Positions 16,874 through 27,360 of a stretch of 64,000 bases of DNA are shown here, one piece after another. Under the pieces are notes generated by a model that saw only the letters and a program-made list of their open reading frames with translations, searched no databases and had not been told where the DNA came from. Origin of the DNA: a bacterium (GTDB lineage Bacteria > SAR324 > XYD2-FULL-50-16); the NCBI GenBank assembly GCA_032250835.1, contig JAVVEA010000004.1, positions 160,001 to 224,000 on the forward strand, written 5' to 3'. Each line of letters begins with the position of its first letter. Position 1 is the stretch's first letter. Made by a program: the position numbers and the translations under genes.

Positions 16874-18488
16874 AGCAGCTGCCTTGGCCCAGTGTGCTGT
16901 CGATCTGTAGGCGGCTGCCCTGGGCCTTTAATAATTCGGTGATCAACACCAAACCCAAACCAGCCCCCTTTTCCCCTGCGGTCCCGTAGGCCGAGGGCTG
17001 CGGTTTGGCGAGGCGCATTCGCTCCAGTTGCGCTGTCTCAATCCCGACACCCTGATCGCTCAGGCTAAACATTACGCGCTCTGGGGTGGCTTGGGCCTTT
17101 AGGTTTAGGTTGCCGCCGGGAAATGAAAATTTGATCCCATTAGAGATCAGGTTACGCAACACCACTAATAAGCCGTGCCGGTCCACCAGCGCCTCGGGGT
17201 TGCCTAGGTCCAAGGTCACCTGGATTTGTTTTTCTTTTAAAAGCAGCTCTAACTGCGCCAAACACTGCTTGATCACTATCCCTATAGGCCTGGGCTCGGG
17301 TGCTTTGTTTTGGTCCGCAAAGGAGAGGCTGGCCCAGTCAAAGAGGTTGTCTACCAGCGCTTTGACCGAATGGCTGCCTTGGCGGACCAGCTCAATGGCC
17401 TCCTGGCCGCTGGTTGAGTCTAAGTCCTCTTCGTCGGCGACCATATCAGTGATCTGAGCAAAGTTGTTGATCGGCCCGCGCAGGTCGTGCGAAAGGATCG
17501 AAAACAGCAGGTTTTTGTGCTGGTTGGCCTCTGTCAACTCGGCGGTGCGTTGGGCGACCCGTTCTTCTAGGCGTTCGTTGGCTTCGCGCAGACGACGGTA
17601 AAGCTGTTTGAGTTCTTGCACCGAAGCGCAAAAGAGCAGGCTGGTTAAGGACATCAGCCCAATAAAGGCTTGGGCGGTGCTGAGCGGTTGGCTGTGGTGG
17701 CCGCTGCTAAAATGCCCGAAGCCATAACTGGTGCTGAGCCAGACGATCAAAAAAGCCAACAGGTTCCAACTGACGACCGCCCTGGGGCTAAAGCGGATCG
17801 CACCCCACAAAAGGGGCAGCAAGAGATAATAGGGTTGCGCCAAAGGGGCGAAGAAGGGGTCATGGGGCCCGAAGACAAACCAGCCGATCCCTAAAATCGC
17901 CAGGGTGATCACCGTCTTTTCGGTCTTGCGTTGGAACCCGATATATAGGGGATCTACACTGAGCCAAAGGGTGAAGGCCGGACCGGCCAGCAGAATACCG
18001 ACCCAGTCCGAAACGCCCCAAAGCCACCAATCCAAGAAAAAGCTGCCCGGCCCTTGGGACCCACCCAGCCGAACGGCAATGGCCCCAAAAAGCGCGGCGG
18101 TGGCCGCCGCAGGTACCGCGCCCAAAAAACCAAAAGCCAGGATGTCTGGGTAGCGGCGTAGTCTCGCGTCAAAGCGGGGCCAGGATTTTAGGGCCATCAA
18201 GCCCAGGTAAGGAGACAGGATATTGCCCGTAGAGATGACCAAATCACGCGCCAAAAGTTCAAGGCTCGCCGAAGAAAACCCCGAAAGGTAGTGCCAATTA
18301 GAAAGGAGGCTGGCCAGGAAAATGGCCGGGGTCACCTGGGTTCCGTAGTAGAGCATCGCGCCAAAGGCAATGCCCGCTGCGGGCCAGACGATCCCTGTGT
18401 CGGATTGAAGACTGGAAAGGGAGATGGAGAGTTCCGCCGTACCTAGGTAGAGCAGAAAAACCCAAAGAGATTCTTTTATTTTGGACAT
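16845..18488 (-). CDS. MASE1-domain sensor histidine kinase
   Basis: VWPAAGI, WW.W..SD..GILL..P (MASE1); SHDLRGP H-box; NLISNGIKF, DQGVG, GAGLGL. Confidence 0.88.
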   Translation of the reverse strand: MSKIKESLWVFLLYLGTAELSISLSSLQSDTGIVWPAAGIAFGAMLYYGTQVTPAIFLASLLSNWHYLSGFSSASLELLARDLVISTGNILSPYLGLMALKSWPRFDARLRRYPDILAFGFLGAVPAAATAALFGAIAVRLGGSQGPGSFFLDWWLWGVSDWVGILLAGPAFTLWLSVDPLYIGFQRKTEKTVITLAILGIGWFVFGPHDPFFAPLAQPYYLLLPLLWGAIRFSPRAVVSWNLLAFLIVWLSTSYGFGHFSSGHHSQPLSTAQAFIGLMSLTSLLFCASVQELKQLYRRLREANERLEERVAQRTAELTEANQHKNLLFSILSHDLRGPINNFAQITDMVADEEDLDSTSGQEAIELVRQGSHSVKALVDNLFDWASLSFADQNKAPEPRPIGIVIKQCLAQLELLLKEKQIQVTLDLGNPEALVDRHGLLVVLRNLISNGIKFSFPGGNLNLKAQATPERVMFSLSDQGVGIETAQLERMRLAKPQPSAYGTAGEKGAGLGLVLITELLKAQGSRLQIDSTLGQGSCFSFDLPRLG

Positions 18489-18511
18489 CGATCCCTATAA
18501 AACGAATCACG

Positions 18512-18901
18512 TTATTGCGGGGGATCTAGCTTGAGATTACTGAAACTACTAGCGACTTTTTCCTTTGAAAGCGGTTTCACTAGGTAATAGTCACAGCCTG
18601 TTTCAAAACAGCGGTTAATTAATTCGCGGTCTTCAGAGCCCGTCAGCATGATCACCAACGCCTTGGGGCGGGCTTCCTCGGCCTCCAAGCGGCGCAACTC
18701 GACCAAGGTCTCGGGTCCGCTGATGCCGGGCAAACCAATATCTAAAAAGACCAGATCAAAGGGTTGGTTGGTCCAGCCCTCTTGAAGGCTTTTGATCGCC
18801 TCCTCACCGCTGCCGACTAGGGTGACATCTCCTTTGTCCTCTAAGACCTTGCGGCCCACATGGGCGACTAAAAGGTTGTCTTCTACTAGTAATATCCGCA
18901 A
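18512..18901 (-). CDS. Single-domain response regulator
   Basis: LLVEDN, FLDIGLP, YLVKP. Confidence 0.88.
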   Translation of the reverse strand: MRILLVEDNLLVAHVGRKVLEDKGDVTLVGSGEEAIKSLQEGWTNQPFDLVFLDIGLPGISGPETLVELRRLEAEEARPKALVIMLTGSEDRELINRCFETGCDYYLVKPLSKEKVASSFSNLKLDPPQ

Positions 18902-19088
18902 ACTAACCCTCCTGATCGTGGCCCCCGGTAGTTTTGGCTATTGTAGGACCGCCACCCCGTTAGGTCAATAAGGTAGAAATGCCCAGCCTGAATGCTGAGG
19001 CGTTAGGCGGCAAGTCAGCGGACTGGGGTAAGGTCCTTGGAGTCCCTACCTGAGCGCGGGTTGGCAGGGCCAACCGCTCGCCCACAAG

Positions 19089-20699
19089 CTAGAATTGCTC
19101 GACCTGAATGTTGAGTTTTTTAAGGCGGTAGGCAATCTGGCGGGGTGTCATGTTCAACAGGCGGGCCGCTTTGGCCTGGACCCAACCAGCTTGTTGCAAG
19201 GCGGCAATCACGCGGTCGCGCTCGTTGGCGATCTCGTTTAGGGGACGGCTGGTGGCCGAGGTGGGGACCGCTACCGATTCGGCGGGTGCCGCGCTAGGCA
19301 TCCCCATGCCCATGGGTTGCCCCGGCGACATGGGGGCCGGGCTGGTTTGGACTTTGTGCATGGCGGCACTCATGCAGTTGCCGGTAGTGCAGGGAAGGTC
19401 CGTCGGGGCGATCACTCCGTCTTTGGCGGTGATGGCGCAGCGGTGCACGCAGTTTTCCAGCTCCCGCACGTTGCCCGGAAAGTCACATTGCTCCAAGATC
19501 TGCATCGCCGCCCCGGTGATCGAAAGCTCGCGCCCCGTATCTTTGCGGAGCTGGGTCAAGAAATGTTCCACCAACAGGGGGATATCCTCTTTGCGGTCGC
19601 GCAGCGGCGGCAAGAAGATAGGCATTACGTTGAGGCGGTAATAGAGGTCTTCGCGGAAATGGCGCTCCGCTACGGCCTGTTCGAGGTTCACATTAGTCGC
19701 CGCCACCACTCGCACGTCTACTTTGATGGTCTCTTCCCCGCCGAGCCGCTCGAACTCGCCTTCTTGTAAGACCCGCAGTAATTTGGTCTGGAAGCTGGGG
19801 CTGGTGTCGCCGATCTCATCTAGATAAATGGTCCCCTGGTGGGCCATCTCGAAGCGGCCCAACTTACGTTTGACGGCACCGGTAAAGGCGCCCTTCTCGT
19901 AGCCGAATAATTCGGATTCCAGCAAGTTATCGGGTAGGGCGGCACAGTTGACCTTAACCAGCGGGCCGTTGGAGCGGGGGCTTTGGTAGTGGATGGCGCG
20001 GGCGACGCCCTCTTTACCGGTGCCCGACTCGCCCCGGACTAAGACCGTCGCGTCCCATAGGGCCACTTGGCGTAGCGTTTCAAAGACCTGCTCCATCAGC
20101 CGCGAACGCCCCACCATGTTCTGGGGGTTGAAGCGGTCTTTGAGCTGGCTTTTGAGCTCCTGGCGCTCTTTTTGGATCTTTAGGGTTTCCTGCTCGTGGC
20201 GCACCAGTCGGCTCAAGACGCTGCCGATCAAGTTAGCCAAGGTGACCACGATTTTTTCGTGTTCGTCTAAACGGAAGTGTTCCTTGGCGTCTAAGGTGGT
20301 GGTCAAGACACCCAAAATATGTTCGCGGTCTAAGATCGGCACGCCGATGAAGCAGTGGTTGGGGTCGTGCATCCCTAAGCGGTTTAAGAACCGGGGATCG
20401 TCACCGATGCGGCGGATGGTTAGGGGCTTTTGGGTTTTGACGATCAAGCCGGTGATCCCTTCGCCTTTTTTATAGCGCACCTGTCCTTGTCGTTCGGGCT
20501 CCAATCCGTGGGCGACCTCGACCAGCAAGCTGTTGGATTCGCGGTCAAACAGCGCCACCACAGCCTTGTGGTAGCCTAGGCGCTCCTCTAGGATCTCTAG
20601 GATGCGCGCCAAGGTCTGCTTGGAATCCAAATTTAGCTTAAAACACTGGGAGACCTGAAAGATGGCCTCCAAGGCTTTCGCGTTGAGGTCGATCATCAA
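19089..20699 (-). CDS. nifA: Nif-specific sigma54 activator NifA (start 20699 or 20696)
   Basis: N-terminal GAF (GEGITG); [24 protein letters not shown]-terminal [25 protein letters not shown]. Confidence 0.95.
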   Translation of the reverse strand: MMIDLNAKALEAIFQVSQCFKLNLDSKQTLARILEILEERLGYHKAVVALFDRESNSLLVEVAHGLEPERQGQVRYKKGEGITGLIVKTQKPLTIRRIGDDPRFLNRLGMHDPNHCFIGVPILDREHILGVLTTTLDAKEHFRLDEHEKIVVTLANLIGSVLSRLVRHEQETLKIQKERQELKSQLKDRFNPQNMVGRSRLMEQVFETLRQVALWDATVLVRGESGTGKEGVARAIHYQSPRSNGPLVKVNCAALPDNLLESELFGYEKGAFTGAVKRKLGRFEMAHQGTIYLDEIGDTSPSFQTKLLRVLQEGEFERLGGEETIKVDVRVVAATNVNLEQAVAERHFREDLYYRLNVMPIFLPPLRDRKEDIPLLVEHFLTQLRKDTGRELSITGAAMQILEQCDFPGNVRELENCVHRCAITAKDGVIAPTDLPCTTGNCMSAAMHKVQTSPAPMSPGQPMGMGMPSAAPAESVAVPTSATSRPLNEIANERDRVIAALQQAGWVQAKAARLLNMTPRQIAYRLKKLNIQVEQF

Positions 20700-20702
20700 T
20701 CC

Positions 20703-22262
20703 TTAAGGGAAGGTCATCATCATCAAGGCACCACCCAGCGCCGAGCGGTTGATCTCGATGCGGGCTCCTTGCTGGTTTAAGATCTGAAAAAGCATGGTCA
20801 GGCTTAAGCCCTCGTGCCCTTCTTTGGTGGTGTGCAGCGGTTCAAAAACTTTCATGCGGTGTTCTTCGGGGATGCCGTCGCCGGAGTCTTCAACCGTAAT
20901 GTGTCGCCCTAAGGGGTCTTCAAAGAGGCGTACCAGCACCTGCCCTTTGCGCCCTTCTAAAGCCTCGGTGGCATTGTCGATCAGGAAACCCACCAACAAC
21001 AGCAACACCTCGCTGGTCATGGGGTAAGGGGTTTTGGGGTGGCCGTTTTCTAAAATGAAATCCAAACCCGCCTCTTGGAGGCGTGGGGCAAAGAGGTGGG
21101 CCAAGCCCTTTTCTAGGTCTAAAGAGGTGGCTTGCCCCTCGGCGTATCCTTTGAAGTCTTCGGCCCGCAGCGCATCGCGTAAGACCGACTCCATCTCAAA
21201 CAACCGGCGGTTCAGCTCGACCATGCCCGGCTTTTGGTCTTGTGGTTGGGCCATTTGCAACCGCCCCAAAATTGCCTTACAGACGTTGAGCGGTTGGGAG
21301 AGCTGGATAGAGAGGCTATTGGCCAGCTCGCGCCGGGCCCATTTCTTCTCTAGGCGGTGGATGCTCAAGGCGCGGGTTTTGGTGTCTAGTTCTTCTTTCT
21401 TGGCCACCAACTCGCTCAGGTCCGAAAGATAGACCACATAAACGGGCTTTTCGTCGGTTTGGCCCAACAGGTAACTGGCGGGAACCTTCTGGCCTTGGGT
21501 GAGAAAGGTCTTCTCGCCCCGGCTGGTGGTCAGGGTCAGTTTCTTTTGGTCGAGCCGGTGTTTGCGGCCAAATTGATCAGAAAGGAGGGTCGATAAAAGC
21601 TTGGGGCCCTCTTTGCCTAAGTCGCTAAATAGCGTCTTGAGCGCCAAGTTTTCCATCAGCCAGCGCCCCTCTTGGTTAAACACGCCCACGGCATTATCCG
21701 AGAGGTTCACCAGCTTTTCTAAAAAGAGCTTTTGGCCCCGTAATTTTTCTTCTACCGCCAGTTCTTCGGTCACGTCGCGTAGCGTTAAGACCTGATGGAT
21801 CATGCCGCCTAAGGGGTTCTGGGCCAATACGGCCGAGATCACCAAACTGCGCGGCCCCTCGGGTCCTTTAAGGTGTTGCAACATGCCCTCGTAGGTCTGC
21901 CCGGCGGCCAGTAGGTTTTGGATTTGGCGCCAAGCGGCGGTTCCGTCGCGGTCTAAAAAGCTTTCGAAGTTGCGCCCGATCAGGTCCGCACCGGCTATGC
22001 CCACGAGGTCTTCAAAGGCCGGATTGGCCAAGCGGATGCCCTGGTCAGGGCAGTAGACCGCCACGGCGTCGGTGGCGTGGGAGAGGGCCAGGGCCATTTC
22101 ATGTTCCTGGGCCCGCAGACGCTCGCGTTCCTTTTCTAAGCTGGACATGCCTTGGTCCAGTATCTCCGCCAACTGTTGTAGGCTTTCGGCGCTGGGTACG
22201 GTCCCCGAATCCAGGGCTCGTTTCAAGCCTTCGATTTCATAGCGCCACTGCCTAAAGATCAT
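20703..22262 (-). CDS. NifL-like PAS-PAS-GHKL regulatory protein
   Basis: Two PAS domains; H-box-like segment without His (LSIQLSQPLN); GHKL domain (IDNATEA, EDSGDGI, FEPLHTTK, GLSL); immediately upstream of nifA. Confidence 0.7.
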   Translation of the reverse strand: MIFRQWRYEIEGLKRALDSGTVPSAESLQQLAEILDQGMSSLEKERERLRAQEHEMALALSHATDAVAVYCPDQGIRLANPAFEDLVGIAGADLIGRNFESFLDRDGTAAWRQIQNLLAAGQTYEGMLQHLKGPEGPRSLVISAVLAQNPLGGMIHQVLTLRDVTEELAVEEKLRGQKLFLEKLVNLSDNAVGVFNQEGRWLMENLALKTLFSDLGKEGPKLLSTLLSDQFGRKHRLDQKKLTLTTSRGEKTFLTQGQKVPASYLLGQTDEKPVYVVYLSDLSELVAKKEELDTKTRALSIHRLEKKWARRELANSLSIQLSQPLNVCKAILGRLQMAQPQDQKPGMVELNRRLFEMESVLRDALRAEDFKGYAEGQATSLDLEKGLAHLFAPRLQEAGLDFILENGHPKTPYPMTSEVLLLLVGFLIDNATEALEGRKGQVLVRLFEDPLGRHITVEDSGDGIPEEHRMKVFEPLHTTKEGHEGLSLTMLFQILNQQGARIEINRSALGGALMMMTFP

Positions 22263-22711
22263 GCCGGTTCCAGTTGGGGTTCGAAGAGCAGGCTCAGTTG
22301 AGAGGGGTCCTGATCGAAACGTACTTCGTATATATAGCCACGCCCGTCTAAGTAGGTGCGTACCGTGATCTTGCCTTGGGCCCCTTTGGGCCAGAGTAAC
22401 TCACCGTTTTTGGTCAGGTCCGCCGTCGCCTTGATGCGGATTCCCGGCTCGTATTTGGGCGGCTCCCAGGGCTGTTCAAAGTCGATCAGCTCCCGTTCTT
22501 TACAGCCCAAAAAGCGGCCCTTCTCCACAAAATCGACCTCATAAACCAGATCGTCAAGGAAGTAGCCTACATTGCGCACAAACCCGAAGTCACCGGCCTC
22601 TTGTAATTGCTCCCCCCGTTTGGCCCCATATAGGGTGCCGTCGTTGTGGATCGGGGAGACCAAGCGTACCTTTTGGCCGATGGCGAATTTGTATATATTA
22701 GAATCGTCCAT
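22259..22711 (-). CDS. nifZ: NifZ
   Basis: F.IGQKVR...IHNDGT.YG..RGE.L...G..G.V...G.FL....Y.VDF....FLGCKEREL. Confidence 0.9.
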   Translation of the reverse strand: MDDSNIYKFAIGQKVRLVSPIHNDGTLYGAKRGEQLQEAGDFGFVRNVGYFLDDLVYEVDFVEKGRFLGCKERELIDFEQPWEPPKYEPGIRIKATADLTKNGELLWPKGAQGKITVRTYLDGRGYIYEVRFDQDPSQLSLLFEPQLEPA

Positions 22712-22725
22712 CTTTGGCCTCGGGG

Positions 22726-23058
22726 TTAGGCAAATTTGTCAAAAACGTCCATTGCGGCGAAATTGCTCGTCTCGGTGCTGCAACCGGTATTACATCCCAT
22801 ACAGGGGCCGGTCACCTCGAAGGCCTTGGGCGCGTCTTCTTTGGACTGCTCGCACCAAGCCTGGGCCAGGGCACTTTTGGCGGCTTGGTACATTTCTTCT
22901 TCACCTAAATCTTGGGGCACAACACTCAGCTTAGAGCGGTACAGCTTAAGCAGGTGTAAGCGGATCACATTAAGCCGGTCTTCATCGAAGGGCAATTCAA
23001 AATATTCGAAGTAGGCTTCGGCGGAGTCTAATTCTTGTAAGTCTTCCATTACGCTCAT
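22726..23058 (-). CDS. nifW: NifW
   Basis: L.ELDSAEAYFEYFELPFD...LNVIRLHLL; ggag RBS before ATG 23058. Confidence 0.88.
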   Translation of the reverse strand: MSVMEDLQELDSAEAYFEYFELPFDEDRLNVIRLHLLKLYRSKLSVVPQDLGEEEMYQAAKSALAQAWCEQSKEDAPKAFEVTGPCMGCNTGCSTETSNFAAMDVFDKFA

Positions 23059-23124
23059 GGGGTCTCCTTTGGGGGAACGTTCAGGGGTGGCGGTTCGGTT
23101 TGCGAACCTTGATCGGTCCATAGC

Positions 23125-23140
23125 TGCAAGAGCAGTGCCC
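23125..23140 (-). promoter_or_regulatory. sigma54 promoter of nifW-nifZ-nifL-nifA
   Basis: Minus strand reads GGGCACtgctcTTGCA (GG-N10-GC). Confidence 0.72.
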
Positions 23141-23225
23141 CTAAGTCTTTAGTTTTGGCCCAACTGAGTGGTAGTCGCCTTTAAGAGCGCATTGAGGGTT
23201 ATCCTATATAGGTATAAAAGCGGAC

Positions 23226-23286
23226 TGTCGCAGATGCGACACAACCCTCCAGACATCTTGTAGGGTTTATTGTCGCAAATGCGACA
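23226..23286. promoter_or_regulatory. Two palindromic NifA UAS sites between divergent promoters
   Basis: TGTCGCAgaTGCGACA 23226-23241 and TGTCGCAaaTGCGACA 23271-23286. Confidence 0.85.
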
Positions 23287-23359
23287 AATTGTCGCAAGGA
23301 CTCCACAAAAGATTCCCGTCTGTTTTGGGACAAAATAAATTTAACCTATTGGTATCATG

Positions 23360-23372
23360 TATCAAAATATTG
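23360..23372 (+). promoter_or_regulatory. IHF binding site
   Basis: TATCAAaataTTG matches WATCAANNNNTTR, between UAS and nifH promoter. Confidence 0.65.
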
Positions 23373-23385
23373 TTTTACGGCGGCG

Positions 23386-23401
23386 TGGCACGGCTCTGGC
23401 T
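23386..23401 (+). promoter_or_regulatory. sigma54 promoter of nifH
   Basis: TGGCACggctcTGGCT (GG-N10-GC). Confidence 0.8.
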
Positions 23402-23440
23402 CTAACCTAAATCAAATTGGATTTCATCAAACCCCACTAA

Positions 23441-24331
<891 letters not shown>

Positions 24332-24360
24332 GTAATCGAAAAAACATCAGGAGGAACGCG

Positions 24361-25812
24361 ATGAATGCTAAAAATCAGCCTCTGACGAAAGACGGTGCCG
24401 AGAAGATCATCTCGGAAGTCTTAGAGGTTTACCCCGAAGAGACGAAAGCCAACCGTCTCAAGCACCTGACCGTCAAAGAAGAAGGTCAGGAAGCTAAAGG
24501 CAACTGTGTGAAGGCCAACCGCAAGTCGGTTCCAGGCGTTATGACCATCCGCGGTTGTGCCTACGCCGGTTCTAAAGGTGTGGTTTTCGGTCCGATCAAG
24601 GACATGATCCACATCAGCCACGGCCCCGTGGGCTGCGGTCAGTACAGCTGGGGTACCCGCCGGAACTATTCGAAGGGCACCACCGGTATCGACAACTTTG
24701 TGGTCATGCAGATCACCTCGGACTTCCAAGAGAACGACGTCGTCTTCGGTGGCGACAAGAAGTTGGAAGTGATGCTCAGCGAGATCAAGACCCTGTTCCC
24801 GCTAGCCAAAGGGATTTCGATCCAATCGGAATGCCCCATCGGCTTAATCGGTGACGACATCGAGGCGGTCTCGAAGAAGATGAGCAAAGAATTGGAATTG
24901 CCGATCGTCCCGGTTCGCTGCGAAGGCTTCCGCGGTGTGTCCCAGTCTTTGGGCCACCACTTAGCCAACGACGCCATCCGCGACTGGATCTTGGGCAAAC
25001 AAGAGCCCAGCTTCCAGCCCACCGATTATGACGTTTCGATCATCGGTGACTACAACATCGGCGGTGACGCCTGGGCTTCTCGTATCCTCTTAGAGGAAAT
25101 GGGTCTGCGGGTTGTGGCTCAGTGGTCTGGTGATGCTTCGATCAACGAAGTGCAGTCTACCCACGGTTCTAAATTGAACCTGATCCACTGCTACCGCTCG
25201 ATGAACTACATCTGCCGCTCGATGGAAGAAAAGTTCAACATCCCCTGGATGGAGTACAACTTCTTCGGCCCCACCAAGATCGAGGAAAGCTTGCGCGCCA
25301 TTGCCGCCAAGTTTGACCAGAAGATCCAGGACAACGCCGAGAAGATGATCCTCAAGTACAAAGGTTGGATGGATCAGGTAGACGCCAAGTTCAAGCCTCG
25401 TTTAGAAGGCAAGCGCGTGATGTTGTATGTCGGTGGCTTGCGCCCCCGCCACGTAATCGGCGCTTACGAAGACTTAGGGATGGAAATCGTCGGTACGGGC
25501 TACGAGTTCGGCCACAATGACGACTACGACCGCACCATGCATTACTTGAAGAACACCACCTTGATCTATGACGACGTCACTTCTTATGAGCTCGAAGAGT
25601 TCGTTAAGCGGATCAACCCTGACTTGGTGGGTTCGGGCATCAAAGAAAAGTACACCATGCAGAAGATGGGCTTCCCCTTCCGCCAGATGCACTCTTGGGA
25701 CTACTCGGGACCCTACCATGGCTACCATGGTTACCCGATCTTCGCCCGGGACATGGACATGGCGATCAATGCACCGGTTTACACCAAGATGAAAGCACCC
25801 TGGAAGAAATAA
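24361..25812 (+). CDS. nifD: Nitrogenase MoFe protein alpha chain
   Basis: [47 protein letters not shown]. Confidence 0.99.
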   Translation: MNAKNQPLTKDGAEKIISEVLEVYPEETKANRLKHLTVKEEGQEAKGNCVKANRKSVPGVMTIRGCAYAGSKGVVFGPIKDMIHISHGPVGCGQYSWGTRRNYSKGTTGIDNFVVMQITSDFQENDVVFGGDKKLEVMLSEIKTLFPLAKGISIQSECPIGLIGDDIEAVSKKMSKELELPIVPVRCEGFRGVSQSLGHHLANDAIRDWILGKQEPSFQPTDYDVSIIGDYNIGGDAWASRILLEEMGLRVVAQWSGDASINEVQSTHGSKLNLIHCYRSMNYICRSMEEKFNIPWMEYNFFGPTKIEESLRAIAAKFDQKIQDNAEKMILKYKGWMDQVDAKFKPRLEGKRVMLYVGGLRPRHVIGAYEDLGMEIVGTGYEFGHNDDYDRTMHYLKNTTLIYDDVTSYELEEFVKRINPDLVGSGIKEKYTMQKMGFPFRQMHSWDYSGPYHGYHGYPIFARDMDMAINAPVYTKMKAPWKK

Positions 25813-25827
25813 CCTTAGGAGGACCAG

Positions 25828-27354
25828 ATGAGCGACGAATTGATCGTAAAGGATCATAACCAGGTCTTCGAAGAAGAAGTCTTCCAGAAGACCTTTGCGG
25901 ACAAAAAGGAATTTGAGTGTGGCGCTTCTGAAGAAGTAGTGGCCCAACAACTTGAGTTCTCTAAGTCCGCAGAATACAAGGAACTGAACTTTGGCCGCAA
26001 GTTCTTAAAAATCAACCCAGCCAAAGCTTGCCAGCCCTTGGGCGCTATCTTGGCTGCTTCGGGTTTTGACGGCTGCCTTCCTTATGTGCACGGTTCGCAG
26101 GGCTGTACGGCTTATTTCCGCAGCCACTTCAACCGCCACTTTAAGGAGCCTTTCTCGGCTGTTAGTGACTCGATGACCGAAGACGCGGCGGTATTCGGTG
26201 GGCACAAGAACATGTACGAAGGTCTCAAGAACGCGATGACCATCTACAAGCCCAAGATGATTGCGGTTTGTACTACCTGTATGGCTGAGGTCATCGGGGA
26301 CGACTTAAACGCATTCATCGGCAACGCTAAAGACGAGGGGTACATCCCCAATGAGTTCCCTGTGCCTTTCGCACACACTCCGTCTTTCGTGGGCAGCCAC
26401 GTCACCGGTTACGACCAGATGATGCGCGGTTTCTTGTTCTACTTCACCAAAGGTAAGCCGAAAGCGGCCACCAACAACGGTAAAGTGAACATCATCCCCG
26501 GCTTCGACGGTTACACCGTGGGCAACACCCGCGAGATCAAGCGCATGTTGGATATGATGGGTGCCGGTTACACCATCTTAGGGGACAACTCAGACATCTT
26601 AGATACCCCGATGGACGGTACCTACCGGATGTATGACGGCGGCACCACCATTGAAGAGGTCAGCGATGCCCACAACGCTATCGCCACCATCTCTTTGTTG
26701 GGCGACTCCACCTCTAAGGTCACCAAGGCCTGTGTGGAAGCTGACTGGGAAGCTCAGTACATGGACATCACCCCGCTGGGTGTGGACGGGACTGACGCTT
26801 TCTTGATGAAAATGTCTGAACTGACCGGCAAAGAAGTGCCCGAGTCGCTCTCCATTGAGCGCGGACGGGCGTTGGACGCCATGGCCGACAGCAACCTTTA
26901 CCTGCACGGCAAGAAGTTCAGCATCTTCGGCGACACCTCTTATGTAGAAGCCTTAGTTGACTTCTACATGGAACTGGGTGCAGAGCCCTTGCACATTGTC
27001 TGCACCAACGGCACCAAGCGTTGGGGCAAGCAGTTGCGCAAGAAACTGGCCGCTACCGAGTTCGGTAAAGACGCCCAGGTTCATGACGGCGCGGATCTTT
27101 GGCACCTGCGTAGCTTGATGTACGAGACCAAGCCTGATTTCTTGGTCGGTAGTACCTACGGCAAGCAGATCTGTACTGAGATGGATGTGCCTTTGGTTCG
27201 GATCGGTTTCCCGATCTTTGACCGCCACCACCTGCACCGGTACCCGACCTTCGGTTACCAAGGTGTGATCAACATCCTGCAATGGACTGTTAACACGTTG
27301 TTAGACGACCTGGACCGCAAGGCCAGCGACTTCAACAATGACTTCGTAAGGTAA
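25828..27354 (+). CDS. nifK: Nitrogenase MoFe protein beta chain
   Basis: NPAKACQPLG, HGSQGC, TTCMAEVIGDD, HTPSF.GSH, GFPIFDRHH. Confidence 0.99.
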   Translation: MSDELIVKDHNQVFEEEVFQKTFADKKEFECGASEEVVAQQLEFSKSAEYKELNFGRKFLKINPAKACQPLGAILAASGFDGCLPYVHGSQGCTAYFRSHFNRHFKEPFSAVSDSMTEDAAVFGGHKNMYEGLKNAMTIYKPKMIAVCTTCMAEVIGDDLNAFIGNAKDEGYIPNEFPVPFAHTPSFVGSHVTGYDQMMRGFLFYFTKGKPKAATNNGKVNIIPGFDGYTVGNTREIKRMLDMMGAGYTILGDNSDILDTPMDGTYRMYDGGTTIEEVSDAHNAIATISLLGDSTSKVTKACVEADWEAQYMDITPLGVDGTDAFLMKMSELTGKEVPESLSIERGRALDAMADSNLYLHGKKFSIFGDTSYVEALVDFYMELGAEPLHIVCTNGTKRWGKQLRKKLAATEFGKDAQVHDGADLWHLRSLMYETKPDFLVGSTYGKQICTEMDVPLVRIGFPIFDRHHLHRYPTFGYQGVINILQWTVNTLLDDLDRKASDFNNDFVR

Positions 27355-27360
27355 AAAGCC

